DNA of 64,000 bases. Source: Bacteroidales bacterium. Lineage in GTDB: Bacteria > Bacteroidota > Bacteroidia > Bacteroidales > CAIWKO01. The stretch is taken from NCBI GenBank assembly GCA_023228145.1, contig JALOBU010000001.1, forward strand, positions 9,463-73,462, in the 5' to 3' direction. The notes under the pieces were generated by a model. It ran no database searches and was not told where the DNA came from. It saw only the letters and a program-made list of their open reading frames with translations. The position numbers and the translations under genes were made by a program. This document shows, piece after piece, positions 1-9,246 of this stretch (the stretch's first letter is position 1; every line of letters begins with the position of its first letter).

Positions 1-1
1 C

Positions 2-709
2 CTGCGGAACGCCATCCCGCGTGAGTCATTTGCTGTGGTAACATTACCCAAAACCAACGTTGAAAAATTCAAGAAGTTTGTTAAGGAATTAACACAAATC
101 GTAATTAACGAATATAAAAATGTGGAAACCGACATCACGATACTTGTTGAACCATCCGAAAAACCTGCTTCATGGATTGATAATAAAACAACCGCCAACC
201 TGCTGAATGCCATTTATGCCACTCCTAACGGCGTCATCCGCGACAGCCAGGATATGAAAGGACTTGTGGAAACATCCACCAATCTGGCTATTGTAAAATC
301 AGAAAATAATGAAGTAAAAATACAGTGTTTACTCAGAAGTTCTGTTGATTCTGCAAAGGACGACCTCGAAAAAATGTTTGCCGCCGTTTATAACCTGGCC
401 GGAGCAGCATATGTTTTTGAAGGAAAATACCCGGGATGGAAACCCAATATGGATTCTCCGATACTCAAAGAAATGCTGCTGGCTTACGAAAAACAATTCG
501 GGAACAAACCACATATCAGCGCCATACACGCCGGTCTGGAGTGTGGCCTTCTTGGAGGTGTTTATAAAAACTGGGACATGATTTCTTTTGGCCCGACAAT
601 TAATTACCCGCATTCGCCGGATGAAAAAGTCAATATTCCTTCTGTAGAAAAATTTTGGGCATTTTTAACCGAAACATTAAAAAATGCTCCGAAGAAAGAC
701 GTCGCTTAA
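2..709 (+). CDS. pepD: aminoacyl-histidine (Xaa-His) dipeptidase PepD, C-terminal part; 5' end lies outside the window
   Basis: The frame is open from nt 2 (LRNAIPRESFAVVTLPK...), so the listed ORF 35..709 starts at an internal GTG. The block HAGLECGLLGG...ISFGPTINYPHSPDEKV is typical of M20C PepD. Confidence 0.85.
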   Translation: MRNAIPRESFAVVTLPKTNVEKFKKFVKELTQIVINEYKNVETDITILVEPSEKPASWIDNKTTANLLNAIYATPNGVIRDSQDMKGLVETSTNLAIVKSENNEVKIQCLLRSSVDSAKDDLEKMFAAVYNLAGAAYVFEGKYPGWKPNMDSPILKEMLLAYEKQFGNKPHISAIHAGLECGLLGGVYKNWDMISFGPTINYPHSPDEKVNIPSVEKFWAFLTETLKNAPKKDVA

Positions 710-752
710 GATTTAGTATCTGTATAGTTGGCCGATAGGTTTTAGATATAAA

Positions 753-780
753 AAGAGGCAGTCATTATTGGCTGCCTCTT
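753..780. terminator. hairpin between convergent pepD and the OmpA-family gene, probably a bidirectional terminator
   Basis: AAGAGGCAG (753-761) pairs perfectly with CTGCCTCTT (772-780) and can extend by G.U and C-G pairs around a 6-nt loop. The A-run at 751-754 gives a U-run on the minus-strand transcript. Confidence 0.6.
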
Positions 781-815
781 GGATTTATATAGAGTTTTAA
801 GAATGCTTTTTTGAT

Positions 816-1823
816 TTAATTACTTTCAATAATTTTAAACAGTTCGTCAAGTTTTGGAGTTAAAATAATTTCTGTGCGGCGGTTTTTGCTGCGGGCTTCA
901 GAGGAGTTTACAGCATCCACGGGATAGTATTCGCTGCGGCCTGCAGCCGTGATGCGCACCGGTGCAATTTTGGAGCCCGAAACCAGGATACGTACTACCG
1001 TTGTGGCGCGTTTCACACTCAGGTCCCAGTTATCAAGAATTTGGTCTGTCCCCTTATAAGGTACATTGTCCGTATGCCCTTCCACCATGATATTGATATC
1101 TGTATTGGTTTCAAGAACTTTTGCAAGTTTTTTCAAAGCATCAGTACCTTTGGCAGAAACTTCATATTTTCCGGATGCAAACAAAAGCGATTCGTCCATG
1201 GACACATAAACTTTTCCGTTTTTCTGTTTAATGGTAAGGCCTTTATTTTCATAACCCAATAAGGCTTCTGATACTTTGTTCTTTAACGCATTTACGGCAG
1301 AGTCCTTTTTGTCAAGAATGGATTGTAGCTCATGAAGTTTTTGCTGTTTCTCATCAAGTGTTGCCTGCATTTCATTCAGTTTAGATAGTTTGGTGTTGAG
1401 TTCGTTTTCCAATTTCTTCAGTTCATCTTCTTTTTTTTGCAGGATTTCTTTTGTTTTTTCAAGTTCCGAAATCAGCTTTTGGGTTTCATATTTATTCCCT
1501 TTCATCAATTTCAGGTTATTGTCCAGAAGGGTATCATAAGCAGCAGATAAGTCATCGTATTTTTTTGTCAGCTCGCGTAAATTAGCGCCGGTAATTGATG
1601 AATCAGACAACAAACGCTCATTTTGTTTTTTAAGCCTGTCGTTTGCTGAAGTGAGCTCATTAATTTTTGTTGAATATTCAAGGTTTTTACTTTTCATCAG
1701 GCTGTTTTCTTCCAGGCAGTTTTTATGGTTTGATTGCAATTCCTGAAATTTTTTTGACGAAACACAGGATGTGAAAAGCAGGGCTGCAAAAAATAAAAGC
1801 AAAATGGCTTTTGATGTTTTCAT
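816..1823 (-). CDS. OmpA-family lipoprotein with long coiled-coil N-terminal half
   Basis: Signal peptide plus lipobox (LLFTSC). K/E/L-rich heptad-like middle section. C-terminal OmpA/MotB peptidoglycan-binding block GHTDNVPY...NWDLSVKRATTV...NRRTEIILTPK. Confidence 0.85.
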   Translation of the reverse strand: MKTSKAILLLFFAALLFTSCVSSKKFQELQSNHKNCLEENSLMKSKNLEYSTKINELTSANDRLKKQNERLLSDSSITGANLRELTKKYDDLSAAYDTLLDNNLKLMKGNKYETQKLISELEKTKEILQKKEDELKKLENELNTKLSKLNEMQATLDEKQQKLHELQSILDKKDSAVNALKNKVSEALLGYENKGLTIKQKNGKVYVSMDESLLFASGKYEVSAKGTDALKKLAKVLETNTDINIMVEGHTDNVPYKGTDQILDNWDLSVKRATTVVRILVSGSKIAPVRITAAGRSEYYPVDAVNSSEARSKNRRTEIILTPKLDELFKIIESN

Positions 1824-1937
1824 AATAATTTTTTTGCAAAGGTAGTTTGAGAAACAAAAAGCCTTAATCTGCGGAGAGTTAAAATACTAACAAGTGATTG
1901 TTAAGAGAATACATCTATTTGTAAGCCGTATTAAACT

Positions 1938-2705
1938 TTAAAAATCCATTTCCAGTAATGTAGGGCAGTGGTCGGAATGTTTTGCCTCGGGAAGAATTAC
2001 AGCCCGTTTCATAAGGTGTTTTATAGGTTCACTTACCATCTGGTAATCAATTCTCCATCCCAGATTTTTCGCCCGTGCATTTGCCCTAAAACTCCACCAG
2101 GTGTATTGATGGGGCTCTTGGTTGAATTCTCTGAAAGAGTCAATAAACCCTGAATCTATAAATTTAGAAAGCCACTCCCTTTCTTCAGGTAAAAAGCCCG
2201 AACTGGTAGCATTTCGTATGGGGTCGTGTATGTCTAAAGGTTTATGACAAATGTTATAATCGCCGCAAATAACAAGATTGGGCCTTGTTTTTTTAAGTTC
2301 GCTCACCCATTCCAGAAAGTCCTCAAGCCATATCATTTTAAATGCCTGCCTTTCATCGCCACTGGAACCTGAAGGATGATAGACACTTATAACAGAAATA
2401 TCTCCAAAATCAACACGCAACATCCGCCCTTCATCATCATATTTCTGAATGTTCATGCCGTAAATAATATTGTCTGGCTTATGTTTGGTAAGAATCCCAA
2501 CACCGCTGTATCCTTTTTTCTTTGCCGAAAACCAGTAATTATGGTATCCGGCAGCTTCAAATTCAAGCACAGGTATCTGGTCGGGCTGTGCCTTGGTTTC
2601 CTGAAAACATACAATATCTGGGTTTACATTATGTATCCACTCCAACAATCCTTTTGACAAAGCAGCACGAATCCCGTTCACATTATAGGTAACAATTTTT
2701 CTCAT
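1938..2705 (-). CDS. xth: exodeoxyribonuclease III (AP endonuclease)
   Basis: MRKIVTYNVNGIRA..., CFQETK, ICGDYNICH and a terminal SDHCP motif, over 255 aa. This is the ExoIII/EEP family pattern. Confidence 0.9.
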   Translation of the reverse strand: MRKIVTYNVNGIRAALSKGLLEWIHNVNPDIVCFQETKAQPDQIPVLEFEAAGYHNYWFSAKKKGYSGVGILTKHKPDNIIYGMNIQKYDDEGRMLRVDFGDISVISVYHPSGSSGDERQAFKMIWLEDFLEWVSELKKTRPNLVICGDYNICHKPLDIHDPIRNATSSGFLPEEREWLSKFIDSGFIDSFREFNQEPHQYTWWSFRANARAKNLGWRIDYQMVSEPIKHLMKRAVILPEAKHSDHCPTLLEMDF

Positions 2706-2761
2706 TTTTTCGAAATTTTTATGCTAAACTAATCATTTTATAAATGTTCCGTTTTAAAAAT

Positions 2762-2769
2762 TAAATTTG
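2762..2769 (+). promoter_or_regulatory. candidate Bacteroidota sigma-A -7 box (TAAATTTG)
   Basis: Matches TAnnTTTG and ends 20 nt upstream of the sigma-factor start codon at 2789. Confidence 0.35.
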
Positions 2770-2788
2770 CATAACAAATCAGGTTATT

Positions 2789-3385
2789 TTGGTGCTTTTT
2801 TTCAAAAAATCAAAAAGTGAAAAAACTGAACTGCTGCCGGATCAGGAACTGATTGAATTATACCGGAAAACCAACGATACGGTTTATATCGGTGAGTTAT
2901 TCGACCGTTATGTTCATCTAGTGTATGGCATTGCATACAAATATTTTGAAAGGGAAGACGACCGCCGTGAAGCCGTGATGCAGGTTTTCGACAGGTTGTA
3001 TGAAGCGCTGAAAGAGCATGAGATAACAAATTTCAAAGCCTGGCTTTACAGTGTTGCAAAAAATCATTGCCTGATGATATTGCGAAAGGATAATACCGTA
3101 ACATTTAATGACCAGATTCAATTGAAAAATTTTCAGCAGGATTTTATGGATTTTGAAGGAGAAATGACTCTAAACCATATTAACGATGAAATATTAGATA
3201 AAAAACTACCGGAAGCCATAAAAAAATTAAGCGATGAACAAAGAATTTGTATTGAATTGTTTTATCTTCATGAGAAATCCTATCAGGAAGTTGTCGAAAC
3301 AACAAATTTTTCATTAAACCAGGTTAAAAGTTATATACAAAACGGAAAAAGAAATTTAAAAATCATGCTCGAAAACAACAGATGA
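2789..3385 (+). CDS. RNA polymerase ECF-type sigma-70 factor
   Basis: Region 2 (FDRYVHLVYGIAYKYF...AWLYSVAKNHCLMILRK) and region 4 (LSDEQRICIELFYLHEKSYQEVVE) are present. There is no ATG near the 5' end, so the start is probably TTG 2789 or GTG 2792. Confidence 0.85.
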   Translation: MVLFFKKSKSEKTELLPDQELIELYRKTNDTVYIGELFDRYVHLVYGIAYKYFEREDDRREAVMQVFDRLYEALKEHEITNFKAWLYSVAKNHCLMILRKDNTVTFNDQIQLKNFQQDFMDFEGEMTLNHINDEILDKKLPEAIKKLSDEQRICIELFYLHEKSYQEVVETTNFSLNQVKSYIQNGKRNLKIMLENNR

Positions 3386-4605
3386 AAACTCTTGATAAAC
3401 ATAATGATATTTTTAACTCCTCTGGCTGTATCACTCAGGAAGCTTTTGTTAAGTACCTGAATAACGGACTGCCTGAACCGGAAAAATATCTTTTTGAGCA
3501 GCATCTTGCTGTATGCTTGTTGTGCAGCGAAGCTTTGGAGGGTTTTGAAAAAGCCCCGGATAAAACAGCTGTTTATAATGAAATCAGTGAAGCCATGCTT
3601 GAATTAAATAAGAAGTTGTTTTTGAAGCAAACATTAAATGTTAAAAAAAGCGGACTTAAGAGAACATTAATTGCAACATCAGCTATTGCAGCCAGTATTT
3701 TGCTAATTACCGGATTGTATTTTCTTTTTAACATACAGACCAAAGACATAAAGCAGGAAATGGCTATTGTTCAGGAAAAAGAAATGAGCAAAAGCCCGGC
3801 TTCAGAAAAATATAATGAAGAAATTTTATCTGATATTGCTTCTGAACAAAAAAACAGGCAGGAAACACAGGAATCATTAAAATACGAAACGTATCAAAGG
3901 TCTGTCACAAAGATACTAACTGATATTGATTATGATAATAACAATGATATAGAAAATTCCGGGGAGAAGGTTGAAGAGAAAAGTACAGGTATATATGCCG
4001 GGTTGTTGGATGACGGTGTGGTTTTTGGCGCTAATGATGTTGACAAGGTTCAGGTAGATACTTCAACAAATCTTGTTCCGGGCCAGGCAGTTGCAGTAGT
4101 TACCGAAGAGGAAATTGCAGGAGATGTTGCTATAGGAAAAGCATTGACCAAAAAGACAAGCCAGGAAAAAAGTATTGTATTGTCGAAAGCCGAAACATCA
4201 AAAAACGATGATGTAACGACTGATGAAACAGTTTCCCGCACAGAAGACCAGTCGGGAATAACTCCGGCATTATCTTTATATGATAATTACAGATATAAGG
4301 AAGCTATACCAAAGTTTAAAGAGGTGATAAGGGGAAATAAAATTGATTATCAGGCAATATATTTTCTTGGCATGTCATATTATTATGAAGGCAAGAAAGA
4401 CTCGGCATTAATTTATTTTGACCAATTGCTTAAAAAGAAAATCCACACATACTACGAACAGGCATTATGGCAAAAAGCTATAATTCTTGAGGAAAAGAAT
4501 GAAAAAGAACAGGCAAAGGAATTATTCAATGAAATTATTAAACGGGGAGGTTCATTAAAAATTGATGCCAAATTAAAGATGGATGAACTCAACAAAACCA
4601 AATAA
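3382..4605 (+). CDS. membrane-spanning ZAS-type anti-sigma factor with TPR-like C-terminal domain
   Basis: ATGA overlap with the sigma stop codon. HLAVCLLC (H-x3-C-x2-C) near the N-terminus. One TM helix (LIATSAIAASILLITGLYFLF). C-terminal TPR-like repeats (YQAIYFLGMSYYYEGKKDSALIYFDQLL...). Confidence 0.7.
   Translation: MKTLDKHNDIFNSSGCITQEAFVKYLNNGLPEPEKYLFEQHLAVCLLCSEALEGFEKAPDKTAVYNEISEAMLELNKKLFLKQTLNVKKSGLKRTLIATSAIAASILLITGLYFLFNIQTKDIKQEMAIVQEKEMSKSPASEKYNEEILSDIASEQKNRQETQESLKYETYQRSVTKILTDIDYDNNNDIENSGEKVEEKSTGIYAGLLDDGVVFGANDVDKVQVDTSTNLVPGQAVAVVTEEEIAGDVAIGKALTKKTSQEKSIVLSKAETSKNDDVTTDETVSRTEDQSGITPALSLYDNYRYKEAIPKFKEVIRGNKIDYQAIYFLGMSYYYEGKKDSALIYFDQLLKKKIHTYYEQALWQKAIILEEKNEKEQAKELFNEIIKRGGSLKIDAKLKMDELNKTK
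3502..3525 (+). other. H-x3-C-x2-C zinc-binding anti-sigma (ZAS) motif
   Basis: Codons CAT CTT GCT GTA TGC TTG TTG TGC translate to HLAVCLLC. Confidence 0.65.
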
Positions 4606-5893
4606 AACCTATCCCGAATCAGCCATAAATAAAGTTTTTGCACTTGTTGATTGCAATAATTTTTATGCTTCCTGTGAGCGCGTTTTCAATCCGAAGCTTG
4701 AAAAAAAACCTGTTATTGTTTTATCCAATAATGATGGCTGTGTTATTGCGCGTTCTAACGAAGCCAAACTTCTGGGAATAAAAATGGGTGCACCTGCGTT
4801 TGAGTTTAAATCTCTTATAGAAAAAAACAAGGTGCATGTTTTTTCTTCAAATTTTGCTCTTTACGGTGATATCTCAAACCGGGTGATGAATATACTTTAT
4901 GACATGGCTCCTGATGTGGAAATATATTCCGTGGATGAAGCTTTTCTTGACCTCTCAAGCCTGAAAAATGAAAATATTTCAGCATTTGCAAAAAAGATAC
5001 GGATAACTATCAAACAATGGGCAGGAATTCCTGTTTCGGTGGGGGTTGCCCCAACAAAAACCCTGGCAAAAATTGCAAATCATCTTGCAAAAAAGAATTC
5101 CTCTTATGCAAACGTGATGAACTTCTGGGAACATGATGATACAGATAATTTGTTGAAACATATCCCTGTTACAGAAATATGGGGTGTAGGGCGGGCCTAC
5201 GGGAAGTTCCTTCAGAATAAGGGCATAACGACCGTGTTTGATTTTAAACAGGCAGATGAACCATGGGTTCGCAAGCATATGGGTGTTACGGGGGCACGGA
5301 CATGGATGGAACTACGGGGAGTTTCATGCCTTCCGCTTAATATGGTAATTCCCGACAAACAAAGTATTTGCACATCACGTTCTTTTGGAAAAACATTAGA
5401 AAATTATGAAGATATAGAACAGGCAACAGCTACCTTTGTTTCCCGTGCTGCCGAAAAATTAAGACAACAATATTCCTGTGCTCGTTCCGTAAATGTTTTT
5501 GTGATGACCAACCGTTTTTCAGACACGCCGAAATATGTGAATTCTATCATGGTTCAGCTGCCTGTGGCAAGCAACATTACTTCGGAACTGGTTCATTATT
5601 CATTAAAAGGGTTGAAAAAAATATTTTGTAAAGGTTATAAATACAAAAAATCCGGCATAATTCTCAGCGACCTGATACCTGAGAATCAATTGCAATATAG
5701 CTTGTGGGATGATACAAACCGCCGGAAAATGACAGAATTAATGAGAATAGTTGATAATATTAACAAAGAAGTAGGTCAGGACGCTGTGAAGCTAGCTGTA
5801 CAAGGCACACGGCGCAAGTGGAAAATGCATCAGGAAAGATTATCTCCTCAATATACAAGCAGGTGGTCGGATATTTTAACAATAAAGATTTAA
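4583..5893 (+). CDS. umuC: Y-family translesion DNA polymerase, UmuC-like (Pol V catalytic subunit type)
   Basis: FALVDCNNFYASCERVFNP...PVIVLSNNDGCVIARSNEAKLLGIKMG...FSSNFALYGDISNRVM is nearly collinear with E. coli UmuC. ATG 4583 lies 23 nt inside the anti-sigma gene. Confidence 0.9.
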   Translation: MNSTKPNKTYPESAINKVFALVDCNNFYASCERVFNPKLEKKPVIVLSNNDGCVIARSNEAKLLGIKMGAPAFEFKSLIEKNKVHVFSSNFALYGDISNRVMNILYDMAPDVEIYSVDEAFLDLSSLKNENISAFAKKIRITIKQWAGIPVSVGVAPTKTLAKIANHLAKKNSSYANVMNFWEHDDTDNLLKHIPVTEIWGVGRAYGKFLQNKGITTVFDFKQADEPWVRKHMGVTGARTWMELRGVSCLPLNMVIPDKQSICTSRSFGKTLENYEDIEQATATFVSRAAEKLRQQYSCARSVNVFVMTNRFSDTPKYVNSIMVQLPVASNITSELVHYSLKGLKKIFCKGYKYKKSGIILSDLIPENQLQYSLWDDTNRRKMTELMRIVDNINKEVGQDAVKLAVQGTRRKWKMHQERLSPQYTSRWSDILTIKI

Positions 5894-5927
5894 ACAAAAT
5901 ATACCGTTTTAGTTATAAAACTTATTG

Positions 5928-5935
5928 TATATTTG
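5928..5935 (+). promoter_or_regulatory. candidate -7 box (TATATTTG)
   Basis: TAnnTTTG match in the 159-nt spacer, 118 nt upstream of ATG 6053. Confidence 0.3.
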
Positions 5936-6052
5936 CAAGGTATTGCAACCTTTAGGGTGATTTTTTCGTCTAAAAACCTGCAAATAAACATGAATACCAA
6001 ATAAAAAAAATAAAAAATACGTTTTTTAGGAAGTAACTGATAATTATTCCCC

Positions 6053-8494
6053 ATGAGAGTCAAAATAAAAAATTTTCTTGTTTTATTAATAATAAGCTTT
6101 TCTGTCACGCAAGTTTTTAGCCAGCCGGGATGCGTTGGGGTTACTATTACAACCAACGGTGGTAACGATATTACACTACCTTGTAATGAACCATGTATTA
6201 CATTGGAAGCAACAACTGTACAAACCAGCGGGGCAACAACTACTTATGAAGTTACTTCAATTCCATATAATCCGCCTTATCCATATACAGGAGGAACGCT
6301 TATCCCCGTTTATTATGATGACGATTGGAGTCCTGTAATTAATATTCCGAATTTTCATTTTTGTTTTTTCAGTCAGCCTTATGATAATCTTATCATTGGC
6401 GATAATGGTGTAATTTCTTTTAATACTGCAGCTGCCGGAGGTTTCTGCCCTTGGACTATAGATTATGGAATCCCCTGTAACTATGGGTCCCCAATGCACA
6501 TTTTCGGAGCCTTTCATGACACATATTTACCCGCCGGTGGAAACATGTATTGGTCAGTTGAAGGTACAACACCTTGTCGAGCCTTTGTTTTTAAATTCAA
6601 TCAGGTTGCACATTATTCATGCAACAGTATTAAAACTACACAACAAATTGTGTTGTATGAAACAACAAATATGATTGATGTATATATTCAGTCAAAACCA
6701 GTATGTTGGGATTGGAATGACGGATATGCAGTAGTTGGTATTCAAGATCAGAGTCAGTCAATTGCTTATACTGCCCCAGGGCGGAATGCGACAGCATGGA
6801 CAGCTACTAATGAAGCATGGCGTTTTACTCCTGTAGGGTCATCTTATGTTGAAACATACTGGTATGAAGGAACAAACCTGATAGGCACAGGAACAACCGT
6901 TAATGTGTGCCCCACAGGGACCACTACTTATACTGCAAGGGCAAATTATAATACTTGTTGGGGTGCGGTAATCCCTGTTGAAGACAATATAACTGTTACC
7001 ATGGCAGGAGGCTCGGTTAGCCTCTCTCCAACAGATCCTACGATTTGCAACGGTGAGTCAATACAAATAACAGCATCAGGTTCTGATAGTTATGTGTGGG
7101 CTCCGGCTACAGGCTTAAATCAAACTACCGGTTCAACAGTTACCGCGTCACCAACCACGACTACTACATATACCGTTACAGGCTCAACACCATTATGTAC
7201 TGCTTCAAATACGATTACAGTTACAGTAAACCCTTTACCTAATATTTTGATAAGTCCTCCGGGTGGCTATATTTGTATTGGAGATTCATTAACCATGACT
7301 GCTTCAGGGGCTGATACTTATGTTTGGTCGCCTGACAATAGCCTGACGACAACCTTCGGCCCCACAGTTACTGCATATCCACAAACACCGGTCACATACA
7401 CTATTACAGGGACTGATACAAACCAGTGTGTCAATACAACTACTGCCACGGTTGTGGCTTCCAATGGACCTACCATTATGATAATGGCTTCCCCTGAAGA
7501 TATTTGCCCGGGAGATACAAGTACTCTTACAGTATATAGTGCTGCACAAATTTATACCTGGCAACCTGGAATTTCATTGTCAAGTAGTACCGGGCCTATT
7601 GTAGAAGCTTTCCCATTAACAACTACAACTTATACCGTAACTGCCGACAATAACGGATGTACTTCAACAGAAACATATACATTGGAAGTTAAACCTTTAC
7701 CTTTGGTTGATTTTACTGCTGATGTCAGAGAAGGTTGTGCTGGTTTTTTTGTTCATTTTACGGATTTAACGATTCCTGATGCCATTAGTTGGGCATGGAA
7801 TTTTGGTGACATTATTCCTTACGGAAATACTTCTATATTACAAAACCCGGCTCATTATTATGCTGATGCCGGTTCATTCGGAGTAGGCCTTACAGCAACT
7901 TCTTCCAACGGTTGTAAAATGCGCATGTACTATCCTGATTTTATTACTGTTTATCCGAAACCTATTGCAAATTTTGCAGCTAACCCACAACCGGTTAATG
8001 AACTGGAACCTTTGGTATGGTTTGCCGACCAATCAATAGGAGCTACTATATGGAACTGGTATTTTGGTGATTATACAACTCTGGATAATAATTCCAATGC
8101 ACAAAATTCCACACACGTATATTCAGATACAGGGACGTTCTATCCTGTTCTTATTGTTTTCAATAGTTATGGTTGCTCCGATACTATAATTGGAGAGGTT
8201 ACTGTTGTTCCTAATATAACATTTTACGTCCCCAACGCTTTTACTCCAAATAATGATGCTAAAAATCAGGTTTTTAAACCTCAGGGAGAAGGTATTGATT
8301 TGTCATCATTTGAAATGCGGATTTACGACAGATGGGGCCGACAGGTTTTTCACACCAGAGACATGGAAAATGGCTGGGACGGAAAAACCAGCGGAAATGT
8401 GCAGGCCGAAGGAGTCTATTCGTGGATTATAAGTTATTATGATATCCGGTATAAGTTTCATATACATAAAGGCCACGTTACTTTGATATATTAA
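6053..8494 (+). CDS. T9SS type-B C-terminal-domain cargo protein (adhesin-like, Ig/PKD repeats)
   Basis: Signal peptide. Repeated about 80-aa T/S-rich Ig-like modules (C..GES/D..L.A.GA..Y.W.P). Two PKD-like modules (WNFGD...). Terminal FYVPNAFTPNNDAKNQVF...RIYDRWGRQVF...NGWDGK...GVYSWII. Confidence 0.85.
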   Translation: MRVKIKNFLVLLIISFSVTQVFSQPGCVGVTITTNGGNDITLPCNEPCITLEATTVQTSGATTTYEVTSIPYNPPYPYTGGTLIPVYYDDDWSPVINIPNFHFCFFSQPYDNLIIGDNGVISFNTAAAGGFCPWTIDYGIPCNYGSPMHIFGAFHDTYLPAGGNMYWSVEGTTPCRAFVFKFNQVAHYSCNSIKTTQQIVLYETTNMIDVYIQSKPVCWDWNDGYAVVGIQDQSQSIAYTAPGRNATAWTATNEAWRFTPVGSSYVETYWYEGTNLIGTGTTVNVCPTGTTTYTARANYNTCWGAVIPVEDNITVTMAGGSVSLSPTDPTICNGESIQITASGSDSYVWAPATGLNQTTGSTVTASPTTTTTYTVTGSTPLCTASNTITVTVNPLPNILISPPGGYICIGDSLTMTASGADTYVWSPDNSLTTTFGPTVTAYPQTPVTYTITGTDTNQCVNTTTATVVASNGPTIMIMASPEDICPGDTSTLTVYSAAQIYTWQPGISLSSSTGPIVEAFPLTTTTYTVTADNNGCTSTETYTLEVKPLPLVDFTADVREGCAGFFVHFTDLTIPDAISWAWNFGDIIPYGNTSILQNPAHYYADAGSFGVGLTATSSNGCKMRMYYPDFITVYPKPIANFAANPQPVNELEPLVWFADQSIGATIWNWYFGDYTTLDNNSNAQNSTHVYSDTGTFYPVLIVFNSYGCSDTIIGEVTVVPNITFYVPNAFTPNNDAKNQVFKPQGEGIDLSSFEMRIYDRWGRQVFHTRDMENGWDGKTSGNVQAEGVYSWIISYYDIRYKFHIHKGHVTLIY
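8216..8491 (+). other. T9SS type-B sorting domain (gliding-motility-associated C-terminal domain)
   Basis: Last 92 aa: ITFYVPNAFTPNNDAKNQVFKPQG...IYDRWGRQVFH...WDGK...GVYSWIISY. Confidence 0.8.
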
Positions 8495-8518
8495 AAAACT
8501 TCTCTTTTCCTTTTAGTA

Positions 8519-9184
8519 ATGTGCGGAAGATTTTCTTTTGCAGTTAACGAAAAAATTATTGAAGAACACTATGGGTTTTTACCACAGGAGTATAAACCAA
8601 GATATAACTGTGCCCCGGGGCAAACCCTTGCTGTGATTACAAATATAGGGAACCCTGCTTTCAATTATTATCGTTGGGGATTAATTCCTTTCTGGGCACA
8701 AAATGCATCTCTCGGACAAAAACTGATAAATGCCAAAGCAGAAACTCTCACTGAAAAACCTGCCTTCAAATATTCTTTTTCTTACCAACGCTGCCTGATT
8801 CCTGCTGACTCATTTTACGAATGGTCACAAGACAAAATGAAAACACCTTACAGAATTTTTATAAAAAACTTCCCTGTTTTTTCAATGGCAGGTATCTGGA
8901 GTGAGTGGAAAAATGAAAATAACATGATTTACTCTTTTGCTGTCATAACCACTGAAGCCAATGAATTCATTAAACCAATTCATAACAGAACGCCTTTAAT
9001 TTTTGCAACTAAAGATGAGGAATTAAAATGGCTCTCAGGTGAAGTCCAGGATGCCTTGTTTCTACTTATTAATAACAGCCCAATACATTTGGAATCTTAT
9101 CCTGTTTCAAAATTGATTAATGTTGCGGGAAATGATTCGGAAGCATTACATAAGCAAGTAAGTGAAGACGGAAAGCTTTTTTAA
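8519..9184 (+). CDS. SOS-response-associated peptidase (SRAP/YedK/HMCES family, abasic-site processing protein)
   Basis: N-terminal MCGRFS with catalytic Cys2. RYNCAPGQ, INAKAETL and IPADSFYEW blocks. 221 aa. Confidence 0.9.
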   Translation: MCGRFSFAVNEKIIEEHYGFLPQEYKPRYNCAPGQTLAVITNIGNPAFNYYRWGLIPFWAQNASLGQKLINAKAETLTEKPAFKYSFSYQRCLIPADSFYEWSQDKMKTPYRIFIKNFPVFSMAGIWSEWKNENNMIYSFAVITTEANEFIKPIHNRTPLIFATKDEELKWLSGEVQDALFLLINNSPIHLESYPVSKLINVAGNDSEALHKQVSEDGKLF

Positions 9185-9191
9185 ATAATAC

Positions 9192-9223
9192 AAAAGGCTG
9201 TCTCGAAATTGAGATAGCCTTTT
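9192..9223. terminator. hairpin between convergent SRAP and small lipoprotein genes
   Basis: AAAAGGCTGTCTC (9192-9204) pairs with GAGATAGCCTTTT (9211-9223) with one G.U wobble and a 6-nt loop. A/T tracts flank both sides. Confidence 0.65.
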
Positions 9224-9246
9224 CACATAAAAAACAATTCCTTAAA

